A stretch of 29,380 nucleotides of DNA from the IMG/VR virus record IMGVR_UViG_3300020045_005537, positions 1 to 29,380 of that record; one strand, 5' to 3'. Made by a program: the position numbers and the translations under genes. The notes under the pieces are model-generated. The model searched no databases and was not told where the DNA came from. It saw only the letters and a list, made by a program, of their open reading frames with translations. How positions within the stretch are numbered: position 1 is the first letter of the stretch; each line of letters begins with the position of its first letter. Below, piece after piece: positions 1-9,542 of the stretch. This DNA is from a virus. Its lineage: Duplodnaviria > Caudoviricetes.

Positions 1-277
1 CTGGCGAGTTTTTGTTTGTGCAGCGTTGTTTCATTGATTCCCAGGATTTAAAGGTTCTTGTTCCGGTCATGCAGTGTGAAGATACCGCTTCTTTGTGATA
101 GCATCCGCATGATACCGATCTTCCTTGTAGCAAGCTCCCTGCTTTAACCGCTAAAGTATTTCCGCATTCACATTTGCAAGTCCAGTATTTCTCACCTCTT
201 TCGTTTTTGTGAGAATAACCGATTACTGACCAACGACCGATCTTTTCGCCTGTTAAATCTATTTTTCTTCTTGCCAT
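1..277 (-). CDS. HNH/AP2-type homing endonuclease-like protein (N-terminal part; runs off window edge)
   Basis: Not in the ORF track. Manual translation gives MARRKIDLTGEKIGRWSVIG...YWTCKCECGN...SCGC...TFKSWESMKQRCTNKNSP, matching the 'DLTG..GR..V / W.C.C.CG / SCGC / W..M..RC' pattern of phage free-standing HNH-type endonucleases. The catalytic part is outside the window. Confidence 0.75.
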   Translation of the reverse strand, partial: MARRKIDLTGEKIGRWSVIGYSHKNERGEKYWTCKCECGNTLAVKAGSLLQGRSVSCGCYHKEAVSSHCMTGTRTFKSWESMKQRCTNKNSP

Positions 278-320
278 AATACTGCCCCGTTTATATAAAT
301 AACGAGACAGTATTTTATCA
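278..320 (-). promoter_or_regulatory. RBS-sequestering hairpin plus extended -10 element upstream of the endonuclease
   Basis: Minus strand AATACTGTCTCGTT-atttatata-AACGGGGCAGTATT forms a 14-bp stem (two G-U pairs) ending immediately before the ATG. TGATAAAAT overlaps the start of the 5' arm. Confidence 0.6.
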
Positions 321-351
321 TGCTATTACGCAACAATATATAATTGCGTAC

Positions 352-1314
352 TCAGGCCACTATTACGCCTTGCTGTTTTCTGTTTGAGCAAACCAAATTG
401 CCCATCCACAAAACAGGAATGACTACGCCGTCTTGGTTGACGGGACGTTGTTCTGGTAACTCGGTCAGGTCGGCATCTTTGTGTACGACCAATTTCAAGT
501 ATTCCGTATTTAGGAAGTACATATGGTTGGCAGGAATGCCGCTATTGCCGTCGAACATGACATCAGCATTTTTATACTTGATTGTTGCGAATCCGGCATT
601 AGCCTTGTCGCTTGACGCGTAACGCTTTAGAGACACTTGGCTATTTTCAAAGAATGCAAAATAGTTGTTGTCGGCAACGATCAAGTCAGGGCAATCATCC
701 GGTCCTCTATCAAGCGTCAGCCAAAGCGGTAGCATCGCGCTGCCTTCGATGGTGGTTGCTGAAATAGTTACGGAATTGGTAGACAGGTCAAATACGCTGT
801 TTTGCCAGAATGTCCAGGTGGCTGAATCGATACCGCCCACGGTGCCGGTACCAGCATCGGCTACAATCGCTTGCAAGCCGTTAATCTGGTTGCTTAACGA
901 ACCTGAGCTGTAAAGGTCGCTTGAAAAGTTGTTGTTGAACGTGCGAATGGCGTTTTTCATTTTGGACTTTGCCAGATTGATGATTTTACTGTCTCCGCTG
1001 TTGATCTTCAATTCACGGCCTGACGCCACGACATTGATAGCGATCTGGCGCCATTGGTATTCGGCGGAACTGATTACATCGGATGCTGCAATATTCAGCG
1101 CGTCCCAGTCGGAATAGCGCTGATAGGTGCCGTTTGCTTGATAATCAAGCGGGGTTGCAATGGTTAAGCCGCCGTCCTCGGTAATATAATTACCGCGCTT
1201 GTTGATGTATTTCAACAAAGCGTTCCGGTTGCTTAAGTTGTCTTTGATTTCTTTGCGGTGCTTACGGAAGGTGGTTGTGACCAGTTCCGTAAACGTTGAG
1301 TTAGGAGAACTCAT
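352..1314 (-). CDS. Major capsid protein
   Basis: 320 aa, located after scaffold/portal/terminase, with an AAGGA RBS. The N-terminus 'PNSTFTELVTTT...IKDN..N.NALL' and C-terminus 'GNLVCSNR..QG' resemble a widespread podovirus capsid family. Confidence 0.85.
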   Translation of the reverse strand: MSSPNSTFTELVTTTFRKHRKEIKDNLSNRNALLKYINKRGNYITEDGGLTIATPLDYQANGTYQRYSDWDALNIAASDVISSAEYQWRQIAINVVASGRELKINSGDSKIINLAKSKMKNAIRTFNNNFSSDLYSSGSLSNQINGLQAIVADAGTGTVGGIDSATWTFWQNSVFDLSTNSVTISATTIEGSAMLPLWLTLDRGPDDCPDLIVADNNYFAFFENSQVSLKRYASSDKANAGFATIKYKNADVMFDGNSGIPANHMYFLNTEYLKLVVHKDADLTELPEQRPVNQDGVVIPVLWMGNLVCSNRKQQGVIVA

Positions 1315-1459
1315 AACGTTTATTCCTTAAAAAAGTGAAGTAAAAAGCCGGTTAAGGCGTCTTATCATTCCACTCGATCTCGGGTTGCCCTGTCAGGGGC
1401 CGGAACTGTGTCTTGATGTACTGCGGGTGCTGATTCCTGTCGGGATTTAGCTTAAATCA

Positions 1460-1487
1460 ATCATACTGAATTATTCGGTAATGTCAA
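1460..1487 (-). promoter_or_regulatory. Sigma70-type promoter for the capsid gene
   Basis: TTGACA-16 nt-TATGAT on the minus strand in the scaffold-capsid intergenic gap. Confidence 0.65.
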
Positions 1488-1491
1488 CACA

Positions 1492-2463
1492 TTAGCGGCT
1501 TTTGATGCGGTGTAGCGTCTCGGCCATGGTATCTTCCCATGATCCCGACGGCTGCACCGGTGCGCGGCCCCGCCCGGTGGCCTGGCGAATGTTGGTTGAT
1601 GATGCTTTTTTGGCCGCCAATGCCTCCGCCTTTGCTTTCTCGGCATTGGCTTGGGCGCTTTGTTGCTGAGTCTTGGCGATCTCCTTTGCCCGTGTCACCG
1701 GGTTAGCCCAAACCGCCTTCTCATACGCCGTATTCAGGTCATAACCGGCTTGCAATAGCCCCACGATGTCATCCGCCACTTCGTCAAAATATTCGTGTGT
1801 CGGGTCGGAAGCGAACGCCGTGACGCTTTGGGCAATTTGCTGTTGCTGTTGCGCGATATATTGCTGCTGGCGCTGTTGCTCCATCCTGTCGCGCTGATAC
1901 AGTTGCATTTGCAGTTGCTGGCGCTCCAAATCCGCCGCAGTCTGACCTTCCTTGGGGATAATTCCTGATGCGTAGCCGATTTCAAGCAAAGCCTTTTGAC
2001 GCTGTTCAAGCGTACCATTTGTTAAGGCGCGATGATGGGTTAAAAGTGCCTTGACTGCCGTTACCTCATCGACGCCGGTCGCCGCAATATCCTGGCGGAA
2101 CGGCTCAAGCGCTTGTGCAAAGGCGTTGGCGTATTGATGCCCCTGCTTATATTGCTCGATACCATCGAGCATTTGTTTTTCGCGCAGTTCAATATATTCC
2201 TTGGCATCATCCGGTATCTTGTTCCAGGCTTCGTGCTTATCCTTTGCCCAGGATTGCGGTGGCGGTTTTGTTGCTTCTGTGGTTTCGGTTTCACCGTCTT
2301 TTTTGGCCTCTTCTACCTGTTCGGATTCCTCACCGCCTTCGCTATCCGATTCCTCTGTTTCATCGTCAAAATCAACATCCTCGCCAGTATCAAAGCCAAG
2401 CCCGTCGGCAATATCAGCAACACCGCTATCAATATCGAAAGTATCTTCATTGTCTTCGCTCAT
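1492..2463 (-). CDS. Capsid scaffolding protein
   Basis: Acidic N-terminus, 'PPQSW...W..IP......I..RE' motif, Gln-rich coiled coil, 'L..AYEKAVWANP' motif. Directly upstream of the capsid gene. Confidence 0.75.
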   Translation of the reverse strand: MSEDNEDTFDIDSGVADIADGLGFDTGEDVDFDDETEESDSEGGEESEQVEEAKKDGETETTEATKPPPQSWAKDKHEAWNKIPDDAKEYIELREKQMLDGIEQYKQGHQYANAFAQALEPFRQDIAATGVDEVTAVKALLTHHRALTNGTLEQRQKALLEIGYASGIIPKEGQTAADLERQQLQMQLYQRDRMEQQRQQQYIAQQQQQIAQSVTAFASDPTHEYFDEVADDIVGLLQAGYDLNTAYEKAVWANPVTRAKEIAKTQQQSAQANAEKAKAEALAAKKASSTNIRQATGRGRAPVQPSGSWEDTMAETLHRIKSR

Positions 2464-2470
2464 ACAAGTC

Positions 2471-2902
2471 CTAAAGTCTAATTGGTTCCGCCGTCATGCC
2501 CGCGGACAATTCCGCGTCAAGACGCTCTAATTTTACTGCGGGCATTGATGCAATTTCTCTGTCGATTGTATCGTCAACCAGCTTGTCCAGTTCCCTGTCG
2601 CTTTCGATCACGCGCCGGTCGGCGTCCTGCTTCATGCCGGGTTCGTACTCGATGCAGTCGCTTCGCGCCATGTCCTCGACTCGCTGGCGCTTATTAGTAA
2701 TTGGACGGCCATCGATAGGGGAGGTGTAGGCCTGCGCGTTCCAGCGCATGTGCTCAGGGATAACGACCATAGGCGCAGTCTCGATAGTCTGCTTGGCCGA
2801 CTCGCCACAGGTGCATTCAGCATACGGCTTGTGTTCTTTCATTCTTACGGTGCGCTCAAAGCGTGCGCCGCACCATTCGCATTTATAGGTATAAGTCGGC
2901 AT
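2471..2902 (-). CDS. FmdB-like zinc-ribbon protein
   Basis: MPTYTYKCEWCG...CTCG N-terminus followed by 'YTSPIDGRPIT'. Typical of genes lying between portal and scaffold. Confidence 0.7.
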   Translation of the reverse strand: MPTYTYKCEWCGARFERTVRMKEHKPYAECTCGESAKQTIETAPMVVIPEHMRWNAQAYTSPIDGRPITNKRQRVEDMARSDCIEYEPGMKQDADRRVIESDRELDKLVDDTIDREIASMPAVKLERLDAELSAGMTAEPIRL

Positions 2903-4476
2903 TATTGTACAATCCAGGGCCAGCGTTTGCGCAAAATTCCTTTACCGCCACCGCCTCCGCCGCCTTTCTTCTGGTTCTTAACCAGAAGATTGTAAATCGT
3001 GCGTGGGTTTCTGTTGTTGCCGGGGTTAATACCGTCATCCGCTGCCGTGTTAATATTTACATAAGTGGCGTGATCTGAAACGACCGTGTTTTCTACAACC
3101 TGCTCTACCGTTCCGTCATAGTAAGTTGTTACCGTGTAGGCGGCTGCCGTACCTTGCGTATGACGCGCCCAAAGCTCAATCACAACCACATCACCGGTGA
3201 GCGCACTAACCGCCGTGCTGCCTATGATAACAAGAGTCGTGGTTTCTTCTGAGTTGGCTGATGAGGGTTCAGCGCCCAAGGCCGTGCCGGTTCCGAATGC
3301 TTTAACGGTGCCAACCTTTGTTTGTGTCGATGGCCGCCAAACATAAATATCAACGCCGTTAACAAAAAAGTTAGCCGCTAGGTCACTTTCCTTGTCCGCA
3401 ATGCTAACGACGATATTGCCGCCGCCAATGGTTGTTGCGCCTCCAAGCGCAGCCGAGGTAAAAACGCCGATAAGTCCGTTTTGGGCTGATGTTGTTGCGG
3501 TTGTCGTTCCGGCTACCGAGGCTTGCAAGACGCCGATGCTGGTGCTTAGCGACTTCGATACTGTCCCTCCGGTCGCTATCCAATCCGGTGTTGATGCGGA
3601 TTGATAGGTAGGCGGCGCTATTGCTGAGTAAAGCTCTGTGCTACTTGTTTTTACTCCACCGGAAGCGCCCCCGTAAATTAATGTACTTCCCGCTAATCCA
3701 GCGCTTCCTACTGCAGACTTAGCATTCGATGACGATGACCTAGAGGCCCATGCCGACCCATCATAAAAATAAGTGGTGCTAACAGGTGACCCATCACTTC
3801 CATTTGATAATAAGCTGTTTGTTTGAGTTCCACCTCCAGACCCTCCGCACGTCTTTAATGCTGCGGGGAGATTGCCCCCGGAAGCCCATGCCGCACCATC
3901 ATATTCCTGAGTGACGTTAGATACTGACCCCGTATTGCCTGACGCTATTAATCCTGCGGTTTGTGTCCCTGATGATGTAGTTTGGTATATGGCGGTTACA
4001 AGATTTCCACCTGCCGACCAGGTTGCGCCGTTATATTCTTCGGTCGTTGCAATGGCGACAGTTGTTAGGCCGCCCGCGCCAAATGCGGCGGTTTGTGTCC
4101 CGCCGACGCCGACATACGTTTTATTAGCAGAAAGAACGCCGCTCATCGACCATGTGTCGCCATCCCATTCTTGAGTCTCATTAAGCTTTCCGACGCCGAA
4201 TCTATCGCCTCCTGCGATCATTCCCGCCGTCGATACGCCGCATCCATAAGCACCAATATTGCTACCGTTTACCGTGTGAGCACTATTCGACCAAGTTGAA
4301 CCGTTATAATCCTCGCTCGCGCCTGTTCCATTTGACCCATCTATTTGTCCTGCCGCTGCAACCGCCGCCGAACTGGTTCCGAATCCCGCGATAAAATACC
4401 TTGCTGTAACAAGATTTCCGCCCGCTGACCATGCACCCGCCTGGGCCGCATCATGTAGGTAGTATTTAACTGCCAT
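2902..4476 (-). CDS. Kelch-like beta-propeller repeat protein, probable virion surface protein
   Basis: About six repeats of 'W...GNL..A....G.GT.TA....GG.......TEEY.G..W', then a Thr/Val-rich beta domain. Start moved to ATG 4476, which has a GAGAGG RBS. Confidence 0.65.
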   Translation of the reverse strand: MAVKYYLHDAAQAGAWSAGGNLVTARYFIAGFGTSSAAVAAAGQIDGSNGTGASEDYNGSTWSNSAHTVNGSNIGAYGCGVSTAGMIAGGDRFGVGKLNETQEWDGDTWSMSGVLSANKTYVGVGGTQTAAFGAGGLTTVAIATTEEYNGATWSAGGNLVTAIYQTTSSGTQTAGLIASGNTGSVSNVTQEYDGAAWASGGNLPAALKTCGGSGGGTQTNSLLSNGSDGSPVSTTYFYDGSAWASRSSSSNAKSAVGSAGLAGSTLIYGGASGGVKTSSTELYSAIAPPTYQSASTPDWIATGGTVSKSLSTSIGVLQASVAGTTTATTSAQNGLIGVFTSAALGGATTIGGGNIVVSIADKESDLAANFFVNGVDIYVWRPSTQTKVGTVKAFGTGTALGAEPSSANSEETTTLVIIGSTAVSALTGDVVVIELWARHTQGTAAAYTVTTYYDGTVEQVVENTVVSDHATYVNINTAADDGINPGNNRNPRTIYNLLVKNQKKGGGGGGGKGILRKRWPWIVQ

Positions 4477-5074
4477 TGGCCAACCTCTCGGCGGTTTGCA
4501 GTGGCCCAAGCACGTTGATCACTTCGGCTTGGCTTGAGCCTTCGGTTAGGCAGTCTTTGCGCCTATGCAGGGCTTTGGTCATGCTGGCCAGTTGATGCGT
4601 GTTAACGTCGCGGGTGTCGAACGTACCATCATCCAACTCGGACTTGATCTGAGACCAAAGCTTGATCTCGCGTACCCTATCATTTGCCGCTTGCTCGGAG
4701 CTGGCCTTGCGGAAGTAGCATTCATCAAGATCAATTTGCAGTTCCTCAATCTCGAACTCCTCGACGGCTTCGAGTAGTTGCTTATTCAGCTTCTTGATCT
4801 TTAACTCGTTGCGCCGGTAATCGAATCCCATGATTGCCAAGTTGTCCAGCATGACCGTCTGTTCCCTCACGCTTTGCCAGTATTTGCTCGCCAAGGTGGG
4901 GAATTTGCCATCCTGCAAGACCGATACCCTCATTTCAGTCTCAGTACGGAATACTTGGCGCTTACCCCATGCGTCCGCTAACTCGGCATTAATGGCCGTC
5001 AATGCGCCAATGTTCTCGGTGCTGATAATGCCGCATGAGAAAATAGAAGGTAAGGTCTGCAAGGATTTTGTCAT
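4466..5074 (-). CDS. Hypothetical coiled-coil protein
   Basis: 202 aa helical protein overlapping the Kelch-like gene, suggesting translational coupling. Confidence 0.6.
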   Translation of the reverse strand: MTKSLQTLPSIFSCGIISTENIGALTAINAELADAWGKRQVFRTETEMRVSVLQDGKFPTLASKYWQSVREQTVMLDNLAIMGFDYRRNELKIKKLNKQLLEAVEEFEIEELQIDLDECYFRKASSEQAANDRVREIKLWSQIKSELDDGTFDTRDVNTHQLASMTKALHRRKDCLTEGSSQAEVINVLGPLQTAERLANGS

Positions 5075-5076
5075 GA

Positions 5077-5556
5077 TTAAACCTCGATAGCGTGAATGGT
5101 TAGGCGGTAAGTCTCGCTATTGCCTGCCGGTGTATAGCCGGTAATGGTTTGAAGCTCTACAAACAGGCTTGACGATAATAAAGAGACTTGCTTTGGCGAG
5201 GTCAGGTCATTATCGATAAATAGCGTACCGCCCTCGTCAATTGGCGTAGCCAATACGATCTTGCCAAGGTATTTGCCGCGGTCGTCAGAATCGTATAACC
5301 AAGCCGCATTATCAGCTATGGCCGTCGGGCTGACATTGTATAGCCGCACATTGAAGCCGGTCATGCCTGCCGGAAGCGAGGCGACATCGATCTCAAGCTC
5401 GACCGATGTAATCAGTATTTCGCCACCTCCCGGCGATTTAATGTTTTTAAACTCAAGAATGGCGCTGCCTGTCGTGTCGCCGACAACATCAAGCGCTGTG
5501 TAAGCGGTCGTGTTGGCGGGACGCGTGATGGTGATAGTATTACCTGATAAAATCAT
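5077..5556 (-). CDS. Hypothetical beta-rich virion protein
   Basis: 159 aa with 'ITRPANTTAYTA.DVVG' N-terminus. Overlaps the end of the portal gene and has an AGAGG RBS. Confidence 0.55.
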   Translation of the reverse strand: MILSGNTITITRPANTTAYTALDVVGDTTGSAILEFKNIKSPGGGEILITSVELEIDVASLPAGMTGFNVRLYNVSPTAIADNAAWLYDSDDRGKYLGKIVLATPIDEGGTLFIDNDLTSPKQVSLLSSSLFVELQTITGYTPAGNSETYRLTIHAIEV

Positions 5557-7696
5557 GCTGGTTTCCTCTGTCTATTAAGCCGATTTTGGCTATTTCAATT
5601 TGTGTTTGCGCATGTAAATCGGCTGTATATAGCGCAATCTTTTCGGCGGATTGTATCCTCATTTCCTCGATTCGCATTTGAGTTGCTGCGCGGCCTTGTT
5701 CGATGATTCTATCCGCTTCAAGCTTTTGCGCTTCAAGCTGATTATTCGCTTGCGCTTTCTGCACTTCCGTTTGTTGTTGCGCTTGATTTTCGGCTTGTTT
5801 AGCCTGCATTTCAAGCTGTTTGATTTGCATGGTATTGTCTTGTGGCGGCGGTGGCGGCGTAGGCTCCTTCATTTCCTTGATGTAATCTTCGATTTCCTGG
5901 CCGAATTGAAATCTTCGCACCACGCTCATCATCATGGCCTTAGCCGCCTCGAAGGGGAATGCCCCTGCCTGAATTAATGGCGTTACGCCTTGCAGATACT
6001 TGCTGAGCGCGTCCAGGACTTGCGCCATGTTCTGTTGGTCTTCCTGGAGCTGCGGTAATACCGTGGAATTGGTTTCGATATCGATGCGATAGCTGCGGTC
6101 GATGTCATTGCGTAATAGCTCAAGCACCTGGCTCCATTGCGGCGCTTGCAGGGTTTGTTGCGCTTGTTGAACGATGGGGCTGACTTGGGGTTGTTGCGGT
6201 GGCTGTCCTGGCTGCATGGGTGCTTGTTGTGGCTGCGGCATTTGCTGTGATGCTTGCACAATGGCTTGCGCCTGCGCCACTTGCTCTTCCGTTGCAAACG
6301 GCAAGCCGGTCATTTTAGCCCATGTCGATTCAGAAAACTTCGACGCGGCCAGCTCCAGCATGATGCGCAATATGTCGCGGGCATAGCGCTGGACTTCGCC
6401 CTGCATACGCTGTAGGCGCATTGTGCCCCATTGTGATTTTATGTTCTGCGCCGTAGCGGTTTCGTTGGCGTTGGTGCTGCCTCGGATAATATCGCTAATG
6501 CCGGTAATCTCGTAAATTACCTGCTTACATTGTTCGCGGGCGCTGTACAGTTCGCGCAATACCTTGATAAGCTGTTCGACCGGCATAAACCAGATAGCAT
6601 TCTGGAAGCCTTTCTCGGCTGCAATAGCACTAGACTTATCGGCGGGCATAAGGCTATTGTCGTCGCCGTCCATCATATTGGCAATGTCATCGCCCAGCTC
6701 GGCGTCATATATGCCTTTGGCTTTGATGGCCTTGGCTAAGAGCGTTATGCGCCGGGTCAGTTCGTTGAGTTCCTTGGCCTGAGTTTCGTAAAAAAGATAG
6801 GACGCTATCGGCGCATTGTCTACCGACTGAGCGACGATACACAGCGGTTTGGGTATGGGATAGAACCCGGTCAGCTCCAGCGGGTCATCTTCTACCTTTA
6901 GAAAGCCGTCCTTGTAATGGCGCGAGACATAACGCACCTTGCGCCCGTTTGCCTTGTCCCATATTTGATAGATAACGGCTGTCTTGCGCCCGCCTTGGTT
7001 CTCTTCGTCGCCTTTGGTTTTATCATCGTCGGGTTGGTCGTTGTCCTTGGTGTACTGTATTTTGTTGGCTATTGATGCGCCAAATAACCGGACGGCCTCC
7101 GGCTTATCGATGGATTGCTCGAATGCAATCCAGGGCGTGGTTGACCACTTTTTGGAATAACCGAAAAGGACGCGGTCCCATTCTTTTGCATCGATACAAA
7201 CAAGCTCGCTTTCTTTCTCTAGCAGCGGCCCCGTTTCGGTGGCATCTTCTTCGGTGTCGTCGGTTTCTTGTTCTTCATTGTCGGTGTCCTCTTCGTTGAT
7301 TTCGGCATCATACTTGACTGCGGTAATGCCGCGCCCAGGTAATATGGCATCAATGACGGCTTTCTGCACGCCTTCGTTAAAGGTTTCGTAGCCGTCGATA
7401 TTGGTATCGATCAAATATTCCAACATCCGTGTGCCGGCCATTGCAGCCGCTTTCCCGATAGGGTCTTCGTCTTTGAAACGCCGCTGGACTACCGGGCGCG
7501 GGGTGGAAGAGAACAGGGCGGGAAGGAGGGTATCGGTATTGCTGAATAATACGTTGAAAGGAACCTTCTTTTCGTCCTTGCAAGAATAAATATCAAGGAT
7601 GCGGTCGCCGTCCCTAACATAATCCTCGTCACGCTTCTTGGCGTCGTCGATTTCGTTAAGCCAGTAGGCTAGGTCTGTGTTCATTGGCTCGCTCAT
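5540..7696 (-). CDS. Portal protein
   Basis: 718 aa directly after TerL. Carries 'IYEITGISDIIRG.T.A.ETATAQ.IK' and a Q/P-rich C-terminal coiled coil, as in P22-like podovirus portals. Confidence 0.85.
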   Translation of the reverse strand: MSEPMNTDLAYWLNEIDDAKKRDEDYVRDGDRILDIYSCKDEKKVPFNVLFSNTDTLLPALFSSTPRPVVQRRFKDEDPIGKAAAMAGTRMLEYLIDTNIDGYETFNEGVQKAVIDAILPGRGITAVKYDAEINEEDTDNEEQETDDTEEDATETGPLLEKESELVCIDAKEWDRVLFGYSKKWSTTPWIAFEQSIDKPEAVRLFGASIANKIQYTKDNDQPDDDKTKGDEENQGGRKTAVIYQIWDKANGRKVRYVSRHYKDGFLKVEDDPLELTGFYPIPKPLCIVAQSVDNAPIASYLFYETQAKELNELTRRITLLAKAIKAKGIYDAELGDDIANMMDGDDNSLMPADKSSAIAAEKGFQNAIWFMPVEQLIKVLRELYSAREQCKQVIYEITGISDIIRGSTNANETATAQNIKSQWGTMRLQRMQGEVQRYARDILRIMLELAASKFSESTWAKMTGLPFATEEQVAQAQAIVQASQQMPQPQQAPMQPGQPPQQPQVSPIVQQAQQTLQAPQWSQVLELLRNDIDRSYRIDIETNSTVLPQLQEDQQNMAQVLDALSKYLQGVTPLIQAGAFPFEAAKAMMMSVVRRFQFGQEIEDYIKEMKEPTPPPPPQDNTMQIKQLEMQAKQAENQAQQQTEVQKAQANNQLEAQKLEADRIIEQGRAATQMRIEEMRIQSAEKIALYTADLHAQTQIEIAKIGLIDRGNQHDFIR

Positions 7697-9213
7697 AGTG
7701 CGTTTTCTCGCCTGGCTTTCATGGCCTTTAGGTGGTTTTGCGTGATTTTACCCATACTTATGTTCGCTATACTAGCACTAATTAGATTTTGGTCAATCAA
7801 TGTATTGTCTTGAATCTTACGTGCATACGGACGGCTCATGCACGCATAGCGCACTTCGTCGGCGGCGTGGTCTTCCTGCTGGGTATCAAGGTCTTCGAGA
7901 TTGTCAGCGTCATGCTGCAAAATAGGGATGGTGCGGATTGAATCACGGCAATTATTGAAAAAGACCAGCATGGGCCGGTCTGTCGATTCGCCTATCAGAC
8001 GTGACCGCATTTGATCCCAGCCGCCCATAGCGCCGCGCCTTGGAACGCGGGCATTGTCGGCACGCCTAAAGCGGACGCTGGATTTCTGGATGGAATCGGC
8101 GGACTTGCGTATGCGCTCGGCAATCGATGGACCGCCGTCCTCGCTAAACGCCGCCGGGTCAAGCACGCCCAGGCCCATGTTATGGCCTCGGCTACGCTCG
8201 GCGATGCCGACACCAACCTCCTCGGCTGTGAGTTTTAAGCCGATATTGAATAGTGGTTGCCCGTGTTCGTTGTTTTTCATGCCGTACCATTCCTGAAAAC
8301 GTACGAGGCATCCGCGCGGCAATATCAAGCCCTCTTCGGTGCGGTAATCGTCTCCAACAATAGTCCACCATCCGAAAGAGAACGGCCTAGCGCTGCCCCA
8401 GTCTCCTGAGATGAACTTATGCCATGTCTCTGGGATGTCAAACGGCCTGATTATATGGCGCGATAGCGACCAGCAATCGAAGAATGCCCCGGCCACGATA
8501 TTCCAATCGCCTTCCAGCCACGCCTTGCGCAATGCCTCGTTGCCATTGGTGGCGGCAATGATGCGGCCGATATAGTTCGGATCGCTGCCTAGAAGTATTT
8601 GATTGTCGGCCGTCCTGGATGGCACGAACATACGGGAGAAGTCGCTTTCAGGGTCGCGATAGAGCGTTAGCGGATACGAGCCATTGTCGATATAACGCGC
8701 CTTTACCCAGCCGTGGCCGACACCACCGGGATTGCCGGTCGAGCGTATGGAGCATGGCACGCCGTTGGCGTTACGCAGGCATGAAAACATCTTAATCATG
8801 CCGTTTGGCGTTGGGTACTCGGTGACTTCATCAAAGCTTTGGTGGGAGTATTGATGACCGTGGTATCGGCCATAGTCGCGTTCGTGCTCAATATAGCGCA
8901 TTTTCACAGTTGCGCCATTAGGCCAGTACCAGGAATTGGTGTAGGGATATTGCGCTGATGATTGGGTTTTGTAGACCGCCCCGGTTGCGGGGAACAATTC
9001 CATGGCGCGGCTTTGCAGTTCCTCTAGTTCGGCGTAAGTCTTACGGAACATGATGCCGCGTGACTTGCCTTCGTACCTGAGCGCTGCATCCTCCTGATAG
9101 CCTAGCTGGAAATCGGACTTGCCGCCGCCGCGCTCGCCGCCATAGAATAATTCATCGACCCAGCGCGCGGAAAACGCGGCGGCTTGGGCACCCGGCTGTG
9201 GTTGCCACATCAT
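7693..9213 (-). CDS. terL: Terminase large subunit
   Basis: Walker A GGERGGGKS, Walker B SFDE, coupling motif STGNPGG, nuclease residues DWG and EDHAADEVRY. Confidence 0.95.
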   Translation of the reverse strand: MMWQPQPGAQAAAFSARWVDELFYGGERGGGKSDFQLGYQEDAALRYEGKSRGIMFRKTYAELEELQSRAMELFPATGAVYKTQSSAQYPYTNSWYWPNGATVKMRYIEHERDYGRYHGHQYSHQSFDEVTEYPTPNGMIKMFSCLRNANGVPCSIRSTGNPGGVGHGWVKARYIDNGSYPLTLYRDPESDFSRMFVPSRTADNQILLGSDPNYIGRIIAATNGNEALRKAWLEGDWNIVAGAFFDCWSLSRHIIRPFDIPETWHKFISGDWGSARPFSFGWWTIVGDDYRTEEGLILPRGCLVRFQEWYGMKNNEHGQPLFNIGLKLTAEEVGVGIAERSRGHNMGLGVLDPAAFSEDGGPSIAERIRKSADSIQKSSVRFRRADNARVPRRGAMGGWDQMRSRLIGESTDRPMLVFFNNCRDSIRTIPILQHDADNLEDLDTQQEDHAADEVRYACMSRPYARKIQDNTLIDQNLISASIANISMGKITQNHLKAMKARRENAL

Positions 9214-9524
9214 TTAGGCGGGCCGAATGTCGCCATCCATTGTTCAGGCGTCAGGATGGGAGCGGTGGCAATGATATGCTTGATCGGATTGTCCTCCTGT
9301 CCGCCCACGTTCAAATCCCGTGGCACAAACTTGGCAATGAAGTTCAGGAATGCCACGGGATTATCACGCTTTTGCTGCTCAAGGAATGCCTGTCCGCCTT
9401 CGCCTGAGTTAAGCGCGGCAAAAGCCATTGCTTTAAGGTCGGCTGTGTTTTTATTCAGCGTTCCCTTAGCCCTGCCAGCTCCTTCCGGCTTGGGTCGTCC
9501 CTTTGGTGCACCTCTACCTGCCAT
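9210..9524 (-). CDS. terS: Terminase small subunit
   Basis: 104 aa with 'GR.KG..NK.T..LK' and 'NPVAFL....K..P' motifs. ATGA overlap with terL. Confidence 0.75.
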   Translation of the reverse strand: MAGRGAPKGRPKPEGAGRAKGTLNKNTADLKAMAFAALNSGEGGQAFLEQQKRDNPVAFLNFIAKFVPRDLNVGGQEDNPIKHIIATAPILTPEQWMATFGPPK

Positions 9525-9542
9525 TATTTACTATAATCCGTT

